DNA from: Lytechinus pictus
Taxonomy: Eukaryota
NCBI RefSeq assembly: GCF_037042905.1
Contig: NC_087245.1
Coordinates: 27,962,001 to 28,026,000 of the forward strand
Reading direction: 5' to 3'
Length of the DNA stretch: 64,000 nt
Below the pieces are notes generated by a model. That model had not been told where the DNA came from. It searched no databases and was given only the letters and a program-made list of their open reading frames with translations. The position numbers were made by a program, and so were the translations under genes. Shown piece after piece: positions 15,401 through 30,400 of this stretch. Position 1 is the first letter of the stretch. Each line of letters begins with the position of its first letter.

Positions 15401-18400
15401 GAAAGAGAGAGCAACACAAAATAAATACATATCAGGAAATTGGAAGGCATCAGCGAACATCGAGCTAGAAGTGGGCTATTTATCAGCCTAGCAAATTCTA
15501 GAATTGTATTTTAAGATGATTATATTTTTTTTCATTCCAAGGTATGTTAACTTTTTATGAAATGATGGAAATTTAGATGTTAGCAGTGGAAGGAGATGAT
15601 GACATCACATTCCAGACCACATACCTTATCATCCAGGCTGGTGGGATAGTAGAAACCAATCGCTTGATCATCTCTGCTGAAAATATTACCATTGATTCAT
15701 CAGGTATGCCCTTCAAAATTTTGCTTCCTTTCCCATCATATGAAAGTGAGGTAGATGTATTCAAAATAATATAAAAGAGTGAAGGTGTATCAGAGAATGA
15801 ATTTATATTACAGTTGTATGTAATATGTATGCATTCTTTTATTCATTTTTTTGTATATTTATTTTTCTATTCTGGAATATGAATTTGAAATATAAAAAAA
15901 TATTACCACTGCCTTGCACCTGTTAGTTAAATGGAATGGGTTTGTATCCCACTGTTGCTACCATAACAGATAACAGAACAAAATAAAATCTGATTTGTAC
16001 TGCCAAAAGCACTGCAGTTGGCATTTTTTAGATGTATGGGTGACAATTTAATGCCTTCAACCTTTTTGAGGGGATGGGGGTATGGATGTTTTTTTTTCCT
16101 TGTAGCTGATTTTTTCACATTCTCAAACATTTTCCTCTGGCAGGATCACTTAATGCAGATCACCGAGGACATCCAGCTGGAGAAGGTCCTGGGGCTGGTC
16201 TGCCTCGCTCTGCATTCCCTGGCGTCCAGGGTGGATCAGGGGCAGGACATGGTGGACGAGGGGGACGATCCTATGGAGGGATCTACTCTGCTTGGTCCTA
16301 TGGTTCCACTCACATGCCTCGACAGATGGGCAGCGGTGGAGGTCCTGGTGGATCTGGTGGTAAAGGGGCAGGTGAGAAACTTGTTAAACCTGTCTTAATG
16401 GCAACCTTTCTGTAAAGGTCACCAGTCTAAACTAACCATGAAGCTGGTTACAATAAAGCAAGAAGTCTGTATTATTAGGTATAATCAACAACTTATTTTT
16501 CTTGAAGAACGTCTCACAAATGGACACACTTTGCCATTGAAAAATTAATGGATTGCTTTCAACGGCTTCGATATGATACTTAATGACGTAATACAATCTC
16601 CTAGCATGTTTTCCAGTTACATATCAAAACTGAAGTGGGGAATAGGAGCTAAGAAATACATACATTTTTTTTGTTTGACTCTCCCAGGTTCTATGTGGCT
16701 GCTTGTCAATGATACCTTAAGGGTCGAAGGTCTTCTCCATGCTAACGGAGAGGATGGATATGCGAGATCAGGAGGAGGATCTGGTGGAAGTCTTCTCCTG
16801 GATGTCTTTCATCTTGATGGGTCTGGTATTATCGAAGTCAGGGGAGGCAGCGGTAAGTTGAAAAGTAACCATATTAAAGGTCAAGTCCACCCCAGAAAAA
16901 TGTTAATTTGAATATATAGAGAAAAATCAAACTAGCAAAATGCTGAAAATTTCATCAAAATCGGATGTAAAATAGGAAAGTTAAGACAGTTCAAAGTTTT
17001 GCCTATTTTTTCACAAAACAGTGATTTGCACAACTCAAATAAGATAGTCAATGAAGTCCCTCACTCACTATTTCTTTTTCTTATTTCACATCCGATTTTG
17101 ATGAAATTTTTAGTGTTATGCTTGTTGGATCTTTCTCTTTTTATTCAAATCAACTTTTTGTTGGGGTGGACTTGTCCTTTAAAAAAATTAAGACTGAATG
17201 GATGAATGTGATGTATTGTCTTAATTAATGAAATTAATAGTTATTCAATTTCTTTTGATATATACACACAACAAAAAAAGTAAGTCCCCCCATAAACAAA
17301 CATCAATAATTTCCGAACCAATGCGAGTTTTTAATATATTTTTACATGGGCGTGTAGGTAATTTTATAAGCTACCCTCTGAGTAAACGTTATGGACGTAT
17401 TTCACTTAATGCTTCAGTGAGCACCGTCAGAAGGCAAAAATGTCACTTTTCAAAAGTCACAAGCCAAATATCATGACTTTGATTCCATTTTATTGGAACT
17501 AATTCCACATTCTCATCATAAAAAGTAGTCAGAAGGCTTGTAAAAGGTACTCTCTAAAAGACGATACAACTTTTTTGGCTAAATTTCACGGTTGAATAAA
17601 CACAAGTCCAAATTTGCTATAATTTGATTTTTTACACATTTATATCAATAAAAATGATAGAATATGATGACAGTTAGTTTTGGAAGAGTTTCTTCAACAA
17701 TATTCATCGTTTCACGGTTCAATGAACATTTATTGAAAAAAAAATACGATTTTCAAATATCATAGGCGAGTATTGGTTCATTTTGGGAACTGAAAATGAT
17801 CTTTTCTCAAATTTTTCGTTATGTTCATGACCAATTAACTTGCTTCAATGATTCAAAGGCGTTTAATTAAATATCCATGCTTGAATGAACATGTAGAATG
17901 CGATTAGCTCTTTTTTACGTTATTGGAAAAAATGCAATTTGTTACAATGGATATCTGTCACAAACCTCCTTGCATAGTTCATTTGATTTGATTTTTATGA
18001 AAATCCCGATGTTTAATGCATCAGTGAGCACACAATATTCGAAAATTATGCAAATGAGAAGAAAGTTCAAGGCCTTGGCCCCACTCTGTGTCGTATCGAA
18101 TGGTTATTTTGGTGTGCGCGCCTTTTGGATAGTGTTACTCTGAAGCCATGTACGAAGTTTCATGAAATAACTATTGGCAGAAGTAACAAAAACCGTCCAT
18201 GAAACAAACACTCATTTCATATTTGTTAAAATTTTGACTTCGTCTCTCATAGACTTGTGTACATTATGGGTGCACATGTTTAAGAATAAGTAACCCCTTA
18301 TTCAATATGGTGGAACTTTTTGTCACGGCTGTCTTTAGCAATGTCATTTGGCAGTAATGTTTATCAAACTATGGGCAGAATTCTGTGCAAAAATGAAATC

Positions 18401-21400
18401 AATTTGTTTATTTATGGATGAGTGAGCACGCATCAAAGTGGGAAAATTTGTATTTTCAATGTCACAGACTCATTTTAAAGGGTAATAAAGTGAATATTGG
18501 GGGCAAATTCGGTTTCAAATAAGACTTTAATTGCTATCGTTTTTATCATCCATCATTTCTATCACCACACACCTTCCGAACTTTAAACATTTTCATGGTT
18601 GAGCGAGCACATTCGAAAACTTAGGAATGAATACTCTTTATACTGCATAAATGTATTCTTTTCCTAACAATTTTTCATGATCAGTTTAATTTATGGACAA
18701 ATCAGTGGTGGGTCCAAAATTTTTAAATGGGGGAGGGGCCTATAATCGGGGGAGCCACCAACATTTTCAAATTTTAACATGATCTAACAAGTTGTAGAGG
18801 ATACTACCATAAACCCCTATGATGATACGTCACAATACAGGGGCCGGGGAAGGGTTTTAAAAGTGGGGGGGGCTGACCATGCAAAAAATCACAATCGTAT
18901 GGTCTTTTTTACATTTTTGTACATGCTTTTGGAAAAAAGTGGGGGGAGGGGGCTGAAGCTCCCCGCCCAGCCCCCCCCCCCCCCCCCGCTTCCGCGGCCC
19001 GTGCAATACATTATGCTCACTCAACCATGAACTTATTATATCAAAATTGTGTGTGGAGTGGCTAAATGATGGATAGTAAAACAGCATAACACCATAAAAT
19101 TCACCTAAAGACAACATTTGCCCAACTTTGTATTTGCACAATCTGAAAAACGACTCTTGTGACTTTCAAAAATTGTCATTTTTAATTCAATCTTTAATTA
19201 CTCGTGCATGACTCAACCGATCAATCTTATTTTTCCCCAGGAGTTGCTTAATGAGTGTAGAAAACCACCTACGGAATATCATATCTCAAAATATTTCCGT
19301 TCAAAAGTTACAGCAATTTGATTTAGGGGGGACTTACTTTTTTTGTTGTGTATATATCAAAATCTCTTGCAAATCAGGATTGCTAAGTGCTGTTGATCTT
19401 TGCTCCCATGCCTCCTGGTATATTATCATCTGGTAAAGAATATTAGTGCAGTATATTGGTTGTTGAATATGTGAGGACTGTCTTTTGACATATATATAAT
19501 ACCAGACCCATAGCTGATACGAAGTGTGATTGGTCCTTAGCGCGTTACGTGATATGATCAAAATCTGTATATTTTAATGTAAAATTGTTGTCCATTCACT
19601 GAATTTCAGCCAGCAATGGTGGAGCGGGAAGCGGTGGTAGGGGTGCCATTTACTACCAGCATAGCAGCTTCACCGGTGACCACCTTATGCAAGGGGGCAT
19701 GGCATCAGAGCAAAATGGCGCTGCAGGAACCTTCTACCTCCAACAGAACACAACGGATGGCATCACAGTCTATCGCCATTTAGTGGCAGACAATGACCAG
19801 CAATCGTCCACATCGATGGTCGTTGAAGAAGAAAGTCTCACCTTAAGAGGATCATTTTCCTATGGATCTCTCTCGTATACGTCATACAGTGGAGTGATTG
19901 TCGAGACCTCTCATAGTCCTTACAAGCAGTCGTCTTCATCGTCTCATTCATATAATGCTCTGAGCAATATGTTCAACCCTGTCTCTGGTGCTTATGTCAC
20001 CCATACCTCAGCCCCTGTCATAGTCACCATCACACTTCCTTTCACCGTCTATGTCAAGGCTATCAAAATCAATCCTGTATGCAGTGGGTAAGATGATTCT
20101 TTTTAAGATTTTGAATATCTCTGCATATTTGCAGTGGCTTTTGTTCAAGTTCTATTTTTTACCATCAATAATTATAATTCAGACAATGTACATGTACTTG
20201 GTTGGTAAGAGCAATCAAGTAGTACCACTGAACCAAATAAAAATGACCCTTTGCCAAAAATTAACTGAAAATATTTGATTATCAAAGATAGGAAATAGTG
20301 ATTTAATGATTTTTACATTTTTTTTTTAAATCAAATAGAAAGTCATATTTTAATAAAGAAAACATACCTTTTGTTTATTGATTTATGTATTTTTTTCTTA
20401 CAAAAGCTAAGAATAATTCAGTTTCAGCAATTTGTATTAAATACAAATTGGATGGGGCATAATTTGGAAATTATCAGCTCTATAAATGTATGTTAACTAC
20501 TATCATGCAGTGATTTATCGTACGATTTCAAATGTATATTTCTCTTGAAACCATATGATAATGTTAAAGATAAGTGAGAAATCCAATTCATCATATCCTA
20601 TATCACATGCAGTTGGGGTTATGGAACTCAGTTCCGCATCGTTGCCTACTCTGAGACAGAAGCTGATGTAGCAGATGTGACCAATGGGTTTGTAAGCACT
20701 CTCGGGTGCTCTGGAATTTATCAAGGATTCTACCATGTCAGAAAAGATGTCATTAGGGTAGGTTTAATCAGTCTTTATCCAGAAAACTTATCTGTATCAT
20801 TTTCTTTGGTTGATTTATGAAAGCTAGATCATCGGATCGTTAAGTTGATTCATGTAGATGTATCCCCAAAAAGGAAATGTGCCATTAAATAAAATCAAGA
20901 ATTTTATTTAATTCTTACTTTATAATAATAATAATACATGTTGGTATATTTACCCAGGAAAGCCACTTCTGTTCTGAAAACTGTTCTCCTAGCGGGCCCT
21001 GCTATTATTTGGTTATTTGGTTTACTTGGCTGTTAAAAGTTGCTGCCTAGGCTTATAAGACCATCTCAACAGTCACAATGCTACCCATTTTAATAAGGGG
21101 TATATTTGAGAAGATGATGGGGTCAATGCTTTTGATAAGATTTAAGATGAAATTTATATCTATTCATAAATGGTGCTTGAACTACCATTGGGGTAGCCTG
21201 TTCCACTTGTCAATGGATTGAAAATACATGGGGACTTTGTCACCAATACCTCTAAAATTGTATTGTTATAGAAATAAGATTTGATTTTTTTCACCCCTCT
21301 TCTTCCAGTTTGAGATTCACCTCCAAGGAAATGCAGGATTTGCTTCTTTGAGGAATGTTGAGATCTTGTCAACAGAGAACCCCTTAGCTACAGAGCAATC

Positions 21401-24400
21401 AAGGTATTCTGCCCATCCTGAAACACTCATAGTGACATCATCAGAGGAATCCTCAGCACTTCATTATGACAAGGTAATGAGAGAGAAGCCATTCCATCAT
21501 AATGGATATGACATGATATGACTCAGTTTCAAAGACTCATAATTCTGCGACAGTAGACGAAGACGACTAGTCCTGCACTGTGATTAGGTTTATTGTTTCT
21601 ATGAAAGTAAATTTATAAATGCTGCTTCTAAAACAGGCGTGAATCCTTGATGTCGGTTAATGATTATAATAATAATAATAATAATAATAAGATTACCGGT
21701 AATCATAATAGTAATAATAATAATAGTAATAATAATGGTATAGGGTATTTGTATAGAACACATATCCTCCTTGTTATGTACTCGAGGCCGCTCCTATATT
21801 ACCCCAGCTAAGCAAGTCTACCAATTCTGTTGCTCACAGCTTTTGAGGAATTACATAATGCCGGTACCCATTTACCTCACCTGGGTGCTTGGGTGTTGCA
21901 AATGGTGGATCAATTTTTGGCTAAAAAAAATTATGCCATGGTTGGGATTCAAACTTGCAACCCCCTGTTTCAAAGTCCGGACATTAATCCAGTTGGCCAC
22001 AATGCCCCAATAGCACCAACAAAATATTGCTCATAGCCTGCATTTTCATCGCATATCATTTTCACAGATCACAGTGAAAGGTGGAGCCAAACTTGGAATA
22101 ACTGGCAATTCTTCAAGTCTCTCACTCAGAGAAATTCTGACTGGTGATCATACTGGTCAGATCACTGTCAGAACCGGACAGTCACTCGATGTCCAGATAC
22201 CTAGGAACTTCTTGACCATTTCACTCTTGGCCAAAGTCAACAGCTCCATCACTTTGTCTGAAGTAGTAGAGTGTCGTCGTATTGGCATGAAAATATATGG
22301 TAAATACATGTATAGTCCTGAAGTCTAACAACTTTTTCAGATACATGTATCCAAAATGTGAAAGTATTAATGAAATGTGCATCAAATTCATAGAAATACT
22401 TATACATGTACAGTGTATGTGGTCATTGATATAATTCAGTTTGGATAATTCCTTGAACATACAGTACTTTAAAAAAAAAATGAAATATAAACATGAGTTT
22501 TACCAATATTCCATAGATGCTGATTTTTCATTCAAGGCATTTTGTTGAATTGTGACTTGTTGTTTTAGCTTATACGGCGCATATCATTCAGTAGTGAATA
22601 TTTGCGCCAGACTTCTTTAATCAACATATGTCTTTTTACAAGCACCATTTGGTTCCAAGTAGGTAATAGGATAAGTTTAGAATCCCATTTTACTCTACTT
22701 AATTTGATGTTTCATATACAATTAATTGACATCAATAATTGCATTTATATAACTTATTAAAAGGGAGGTTCACCCTGGCAAAAAGTTTTTTGTAAAAATA
22801 CTAGAAAATAATAAGTAAATATTGGGGAATGTTTAAGAAAAATCAATCGAAGATTAAAGAAAGTTATATGAAATGCATAAATTTCAATTGTTTAATGGTG
22901 CATGATGACAAAAATATTTTGTCGTTCAGGAGCGGGTGTCAATTAATTTGTCTGTTGGTATACTGAAGGTACCGTATGGGTACTAGTATTCAACCCGGCA
23001 TAATTCAAAGATTTTGACATATTCCCCAAAATATTTAGAAATAGGGAATTTATCTTAATTTCACACCTTTGTTATTTCCAAGGTAATCTGTTGTCGATAT
23101 TTTCTTTGTCAACCTGTCGACTGTATGCGCGGAGGATCGAATTATGCGGCGATGGCCTTTTGCACTGAATGGTACTAGTATTCAACCTAGTGAGGATTGA
23201 TAGCAAATCTCAAAAGGGTTTAGATTGCTAAATTAGATCTAGATCTATGTAAGTCTCTGGCTTTGATTAATTCCATGTTTGGTCTCATCTCAAATGGTCT
23301 AGTCCATAGTCGGATGGGACAAGGGCAGATTGAGAGACAGGGCCATCTTTCATCGCTAGGTTGAATACTATTGCCGACGGGTTGAATACTAGTACCAAAA
23401 TCCGTCGCCGTATAATTCGATCGCCCGCGCACACAGTCAACTGGTTGAAGAAAAAAATAACGGAAAAATAATAACCAGCATTTGCTCTTGGAAATAAGAC
23501 GGGTCTGAAATTCAGGTAAATTCTATATTTCTATATATTTGAGGAAACTCTCCAAACGGGTTGAATACTAGTGCCCTTACGGTGCAGTAAAAAAAAAAAT
23601 ATATTTTTTATTTTTAGAAACTTACATTTCACTAAATTTTTTTAAATTCACAATACATTGAAAGCTGCTTGCATATTAAATCACAAATAAAAATGAATAA
23701 ACTTCTAACAAATTTTTTAATCTTTGATGGATTTGCCTCAAAACTTCACCAATATTTTGAAAAAAAAATTTCTGCAATTTCTACAATAAACTTTTTGAGA
23801 GGATGAACTTTTCCTTTAATGGATATTTTGACAAATATAGTAGAGAAATCCGTATAAAAAGAGCCTTCAAGTACTTGTGTATTCTATATCAATGTGAAAA
23901 GGTGAGCTTCACAGACTAGATAGACTGACAATTGGTGACCAGTGCAGAGTGAGCATGGAAAACCCTACTTTCACTCGACTTGAGATTGACCACCTGGACA
24001 TCAAGACCTTTGGTTCTCTGGACATAAACAATGAAAATGATGGACATACTACAATCCTTGGAACGAAACTCGATGTGAGGAGTGGAGCCCAGGTTAGTGC
24101 AAATAGTAAAGGACAAAATTTGAAACTGGAGTTTATGAGCCCTCTGACCCGAAGACTAAAAATTAATTGGAGATCTGTTATGAAATATCTGATTTGTTGA
24201 TTGTTGGTTTGCCTAACAATAAGGTGAATGCAAGTCCGATCTTGACTCTTCACTGGACAAACTATATTTTGTAATTACTTGCAAACGTTTGTGTTATGGG
24301 GCTCCAATTCATTCATAATTCAATTCTAGGCCAAATAATGCTTTCTTTATAGTCAAGGAATTATATTTGATAATTATGTTTGACAGTATTGAATATTAGA

Positions 24401-27400
24401 CATGGAAATGTATCACCTGACATTTGAGTTTATCTTGAAGCCTTTGAGAGAAGTTGTGTCTCTGCATTTTTCCGTATGTACCTCATTTTATATGGAAACA
24501 GTAATCTTAAAAAGGAATGGTTTGATTGTCTGATGATTCATTTTGTGTGGGGAGGTCAAAGAGGGATTTTATTTTAGGTAATGGTACCTATACAGTAATT
24601 GCCATTTAACTGATTAAAAGTTGCCTCATGTTTACATTTTATGGAAAAAAAATCCATGGAATACACACATCATTTGACATTCCATTCTCATTATCTGATG
24701 ATTCACTAAAATTTCACAATGGTCACTTGATAATATATTTTACCTACAGTATATCATCCGTTTGTGCACAAATTTTGCTCTAATCAAACAAATCTAACCT
24801 TGTATTTGAATATACTATTTTACATTCATATTTATCTAGTCATTTTGATTGTAGACGACAAGTAGTTAAATATCCAAATTACCGCCTATCACACTTCTAA
24901 ATATCTTTGATAAACAAAGCTGAAGAATCAATACCACATCATCTGCAGATATGGCAAACGAACTATGAAAGCCATTTAAATGTCAATCTTTGAATTACTT
25001 GTGAGTTTTGAAATACTGGTGGGTGTTTCATAAAGCTGTTCGTAAGTTAAGAGTGACTTTAAGAACAACTGGTGATCCTTTCTTGTAGAATATGATATAT
25101 TCATTGGCGATGGTTTAGCGCGTAAGAAAGGATCACCAGTCGTTCTTATAGTCGCTCTTAACTTACGAACAGCTTTATGAAACGGCCCCCTGGATAAGAA
25201 CTTTATCACTGATCAAAGTATAAGAGTTACCATCGGCTGTCCCCATGTTCATTAAAAGATTATTCATATTTTGACAGATGATGTGTGGAGATCTGAAGAT
25301 TGATTACGATGATATCAGTTTTGAGCCATCAAGTCTTCTCCAGGTTGGATTCTCACCAAACTATGAGCATCATCCATATGATGGTAGGTATACACTCAGC
25401 ATATCATCAGGGCCCTGTCTAACAAGGAGTTGCGATTGATCCACTGATAATCAATTATGGATAGCCAGTGACCCCAAATTTTAAATGCAAATTTAAGATT
25501 CAAAGTGCATTTAAAGTGTTTTCTACGTATAATTTATACTTTTGCAAGCATCAGTGCCTTGAAAAGTCAGTGTGCTCCTTCTAAGTTCCAAAATCAAGTT
25601 AACATTATGTTCTACAGTGGAAAATCTCACCGGTCAAACCTTCTTTAGATTGTGTTTGACAAGCTTTATTTCCATACTGCAACATGTGAATAATAATATA
25701 ATTTTGCATATGTCACCAAAGAGCAAAGAATATGGTGTTAAGAGTACCAAATAACACTGAATTTACATTTTTGGAAAAGGGAAAACGGGGAACTCTAGGA
25801 TAGTTGTTATCATATCCTACAAAACCGTTGATGCAACAGATTCACCATGAACACTTGACTGTTGTGACAGAACCTCAGTGGTTGTCTTTCCTTCTCTAGG
25901 AATAGGGCTTGGTTTATCAGGTGCTTCCGGAAGCTCAGGTGCAGGTCATGGCAGCAATGGAGGACAGGGCCAATCTCAGCCTATTGCTGGGGCATCCTAC
26001 GGTTCCTTCATGACCCCTGATACCTTTGGGTCAGTTGGAGGTCACTCCGTCTTCCCCCATCGTGGAGGATCCCCCGGAGGACGTCTCTTCCTCAGTGCCA
26101 ACCGGAGTTTCCACATTGATGGTACTCTAGATGTATCAGGTAAATGACAGAGTTTATAATAATAATAATTATAATACGTAGTTACATTTGTATAGCGCTT
26201 GATACATATGTTTCTAAGTGCCTCACATTACAATTATTATTATCCCAGTCATCGGATCCTGGCATGTCCCTCATGCAATGCATCCTTACTCCACTCCCTG
26301 GGGAGCATTCCAACAAGAGATCCAAGACTCAATTGCTAGGCATACTACCTAGGCCTTCGCATCCTACCAGGTACCCATTAAACACCTGGGTGGAGAGTGG
26401 CAAAGTGTGGATTGAATCCTTGCCAAAGGACGCTAGGCCTAGGTGGGATTCGAACACATGACCCTCTGATTGCAAGGCAAGAGTCAGAACAGCTACATGT
26501 ACACCACAACGCTTCCACAACACAGTTTGAGTTGACCAGTACTGCAATTATTGTTGCTCTGAAGTTTGTATTGTTATTAGTGGGTTTTATTTGGTTTCAT
26601 GATATTGTTTATTAAAGTAGATAATATGATGTTGTAACGATGTTGAAGGTGGTCTAATAGTAGACCGGCCAAAAGTAAAAAAGTGCTCTAGATAAGGATT
26701 CGACGGCAAAATTTGTTAATGCTTGGCATCCCAGCTAAAAGTCTTGCAAAAATACCCAGGAATAGCGTACGGCCGGATGCCAAGCGCAATTTTGCGTGAA
26801 AGTATTATTTTTTGCGTAAAAACTGAAAGAATGTCGAAAATCACGCATTTTGATATTTTGACGGATTATCATCATATTTTTTATTATCTTTGATATGAAA
26901 TTATTTTTATTCAGAGTTTCAAATTATAAGTCTCATAAATATGCATTTCAAATTTGAACATTACACACACACATACGGCACAGGAAAAAATAAAACTGCG
27001 ATTTCCTCAAAATAAAAGTTTGTGAAAACTATCAATAGTTTGAAGTTTTTTACGCAGCTTAAATTCTTCGATTTAACTGCGTTTATCCATCAAATGTATA
27101 GTAAATGTCCTAATGTCACAAATATTAAAAGAATTTTTAAGTAAGATGGAAGATATCTCACTTTATGTTATCCGAAAGGAGACAATGTGCATTTTACCAG
27201 GTGCGCATTTTGAAAGAAAAATTGAAAATACCGTACATTATGTACATAATTACATGTATAAGTACATACTAAAGCGAGTTTTTAATTACATGTATAAGTG
27301 CATTCTAAAGCGAGTTTTTAATTGGATAGCACAATTTGTCAATTCTTTGCATCCCAGCTAAAAGTCTTGCGGAAATCCTGAGGAATAACGTATGGGCGGC

Positions 27401-30400
27401 TGCCAAGTGCACTTTTGCGTGAAAGTATCATTTTTTGCGTAAAATTTGAAAGACTGTTGAAAATCACGCATTTTGATATTTTGACGAATTATCATCATAT
27501 TTTTGGTTATCTTTGATATGGAATTATTTTTATTTAGAGTTTTGAATTATAAGTCTAGTAAATATGCATATCAATTTCGAATATTACACACACATATATG
27601 GCAATATGAAATATAAAATCGTGATTTACTAAAAATAATAGTTTGTGAAAACTATCAATAGTTTAATGTTTGTGTTCCGCATCTCAATTTCGTCAATTTT
27701 AGCGCTAACCGAATAAATACATAATAATTGTTGTCATGGCACATATAGTGAAAACAAATGTTGAAATAAGATGCAAGATATATCCTTTTATGTTACATAT
27801 GCGAAAGATAACAATGTACATTTATCGGATGCGCATTTCTGATAAAATACAAACAGCGCACAATATTACATCTATATTGCATATACTAATATTAATCAGT
27901 GCGATACTCGTCATGATATTATATAGGATTATGTTTACTTTTGTAGAGTTCGATCTTCTTGCTATTTCCGCGAATTAATTGGTGCTGAACGTAAATCTAC
28001 CTGTGGCGATATTCATAAATAGGTCTGATATTTAATTTGCCGTTACCATGGTAACATTAATTTTGTAGGAATATCTATATCCAAAATCATAGAAACAGTA
28101 GCGTACCTAGGATTTTCCACAGGGGGGGGGGGGCAAAACCGTCGGCCAAAAAAATTGACAAGCAAAAAAAAAAGGTCTGCAAGCTCGTCAGGGGGGGGGG
28201 GGAGGTCTTCAAGCTCGTCGGGGGGGGGGGGGGGCATGGATACGTCTTTTGCATGGGTTGGGACTCGTCAGGGGGGGGCAGACTGCCCCCTCTGCCCCCC
28301 CCCCCCCCCCCCCCCGTAGGTACGCTAGTGCATAGAAAATATACATGTATGAATAAAACGATCGAACTAGCATTTTTAAACTACTCTGTCAATCTACATT
28401 TTACTTCAATTATTGGATTATCAAAGTCTAAAAAAATATGGCCGTTGCCACGGCAATACCTATTTTTTGTCTCGCCTGCATGCATAGCAGAGCAGGACTA
28501 AAGGAGCCACTTTTCCGGCGGAGGCGACGGTAGCTTTGATATAACAGCGTCATATCAACCTTGAAATCTTAACCAAGGTTACGTTTTCGAAATTTCGTTA
28601 TAACTTTGAACGTATATAAAAAAATTAATGACACTTATGACAGTATTCAGGTATTACTGATCGTCTTGCACAAGTTTTAGATCACATGATTAAGGTCAAA
28701 GGTCATTAGAGTCACTGAACTTTGGCCATATGGGGGTATTTTTTCTTAATGTCATCATAACTTTTGAATTTTATTGATCCAGTTCATGATTAAACTTGAA
28801 TATAAGGGTATTAAAGTATGATGGATCATTTTGCACAAATTTCAGTTCACATGATCAAGGTTATACGTCATTTAGGTTCGATGAGCTTATTATTTTATTA
28901 TCACATGAATGGCGCTTTTGTGAATAATTATTAGTTTCAGTTGTTTCTAATGTTCTGCTGCTATAATTATTATGTGAAAATATGAATAATAAATGTTGTT
29001 TGGTCTTTTGCATTGCAAGTTATAATTTTCATTCAATTAATTTTGCTTCATTACAGTTTTCGCGTTTGCTATTATCATAGGTCCATGCTGTTATATATCG
29101 TAGTCTAAGACGGGGGCCGGACAGTCCGACCCTGGGCAGCCCTGGACATACAGCGGCGTACCCAGGATTTTCCAAAGGGGGGGGGCAATTTTTTTGGAGG
29201 ATATTTCGTCCGCGAAAAAAAAATTACAAGCAAAAAAAAGGTTTTCAACCACAAATAAAGGATTTTGTACCAGAAAAAAAAAATCGTCAGGGGGTACGTC
29301 CCCTGCATGAGTTGTGACTCGTCGGGGGGGGGATACTTTCAGCTCCATGTAATCCTTTCGGACACTACACATGACCTTAGGCAGAGGGGGGAGGGGGGAG
29401 AGGCAGTTGCGGCCAGAAATTTTGTAACTCGTTTTAAGTATGTACTTATTCATGTAATTATGTTAATAATTTACGGTATCTTCAATTTTACATTCAAAAT
29501 GCCCCCCCCCCCTCCCCGCTAAATTTTGCATGCCCCCTTTCGGAAAATATTTCTTCCATCTTACTTAAAAATTATTTTAATATTTGTGACATTGGAAACG
29601 ATCGATATTCGTTAGATGAACCAATTTAAATCGAAGAATTTAAGTTGTAAAAAAACTTAAAACTATTGATAGAGTTCACAAACTTCTATTTTGAGTAAAT
29701 CACGATTTTTTTATGTCATATTGCCATATATGTGTGTGTAATATTCCAAATTGAAATGCATATTTAGTAGACTTATAATTTTTAATTCTGAATAAAAATA
29801 TTTCCATATCAAAGATAATCAAAAATATGATGATAATCCGTCAAAATATCAAAATGCGTGATTTTCGACAGTCTTTCAGATTTCACGCTAAAAATGATAC
29901 TTTCACGCAAAAGTGCACTTGGCATCCGCCCGTACGTTATTCCTCAGTATTTCCGCAAGAATTTGAGCTGGGATGCAAAGAATTGACAAATTGTGCTATT
30001 CAATTAAAAACTCGCTTTAGTGTGTACTTATACATGTAATTAAAAACTCGCTTTAGTATGTACTTATACATGTAATTAAGTACATAATGTACGGTATTTT
30101 CAATTTTTCTTTCAAAATGCGCACATGGTAAAATGCACATTGTCTCCTTTCGGATAACATAAAATGCGATATATTCCATCTTACTTGAAAATTCTTTTAA
30201 TATTTGTGGCATTAGGACATTTACTATACATTCGATTAAGAAACGCATTTAAATCGAAGAATTTAAGTTGCGTAAAAAACTTTAAACTATTGATAGTTTT
30301 CACAAACTTTAATTTTGAGGAAATCGCGGTTTTATGTTTTCCTGTGCCATATGTATGTGTGTAATATTAACATTTGAAATGCATATTTATGAGACTTATA

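Noticed and set aside
26700-27990. CRISPR-like or satellite array
   Set aside because: Eukaryotic context. The repeats are ~623-bp subterminal units of a TIR element, with no repeat-spacer pattern.
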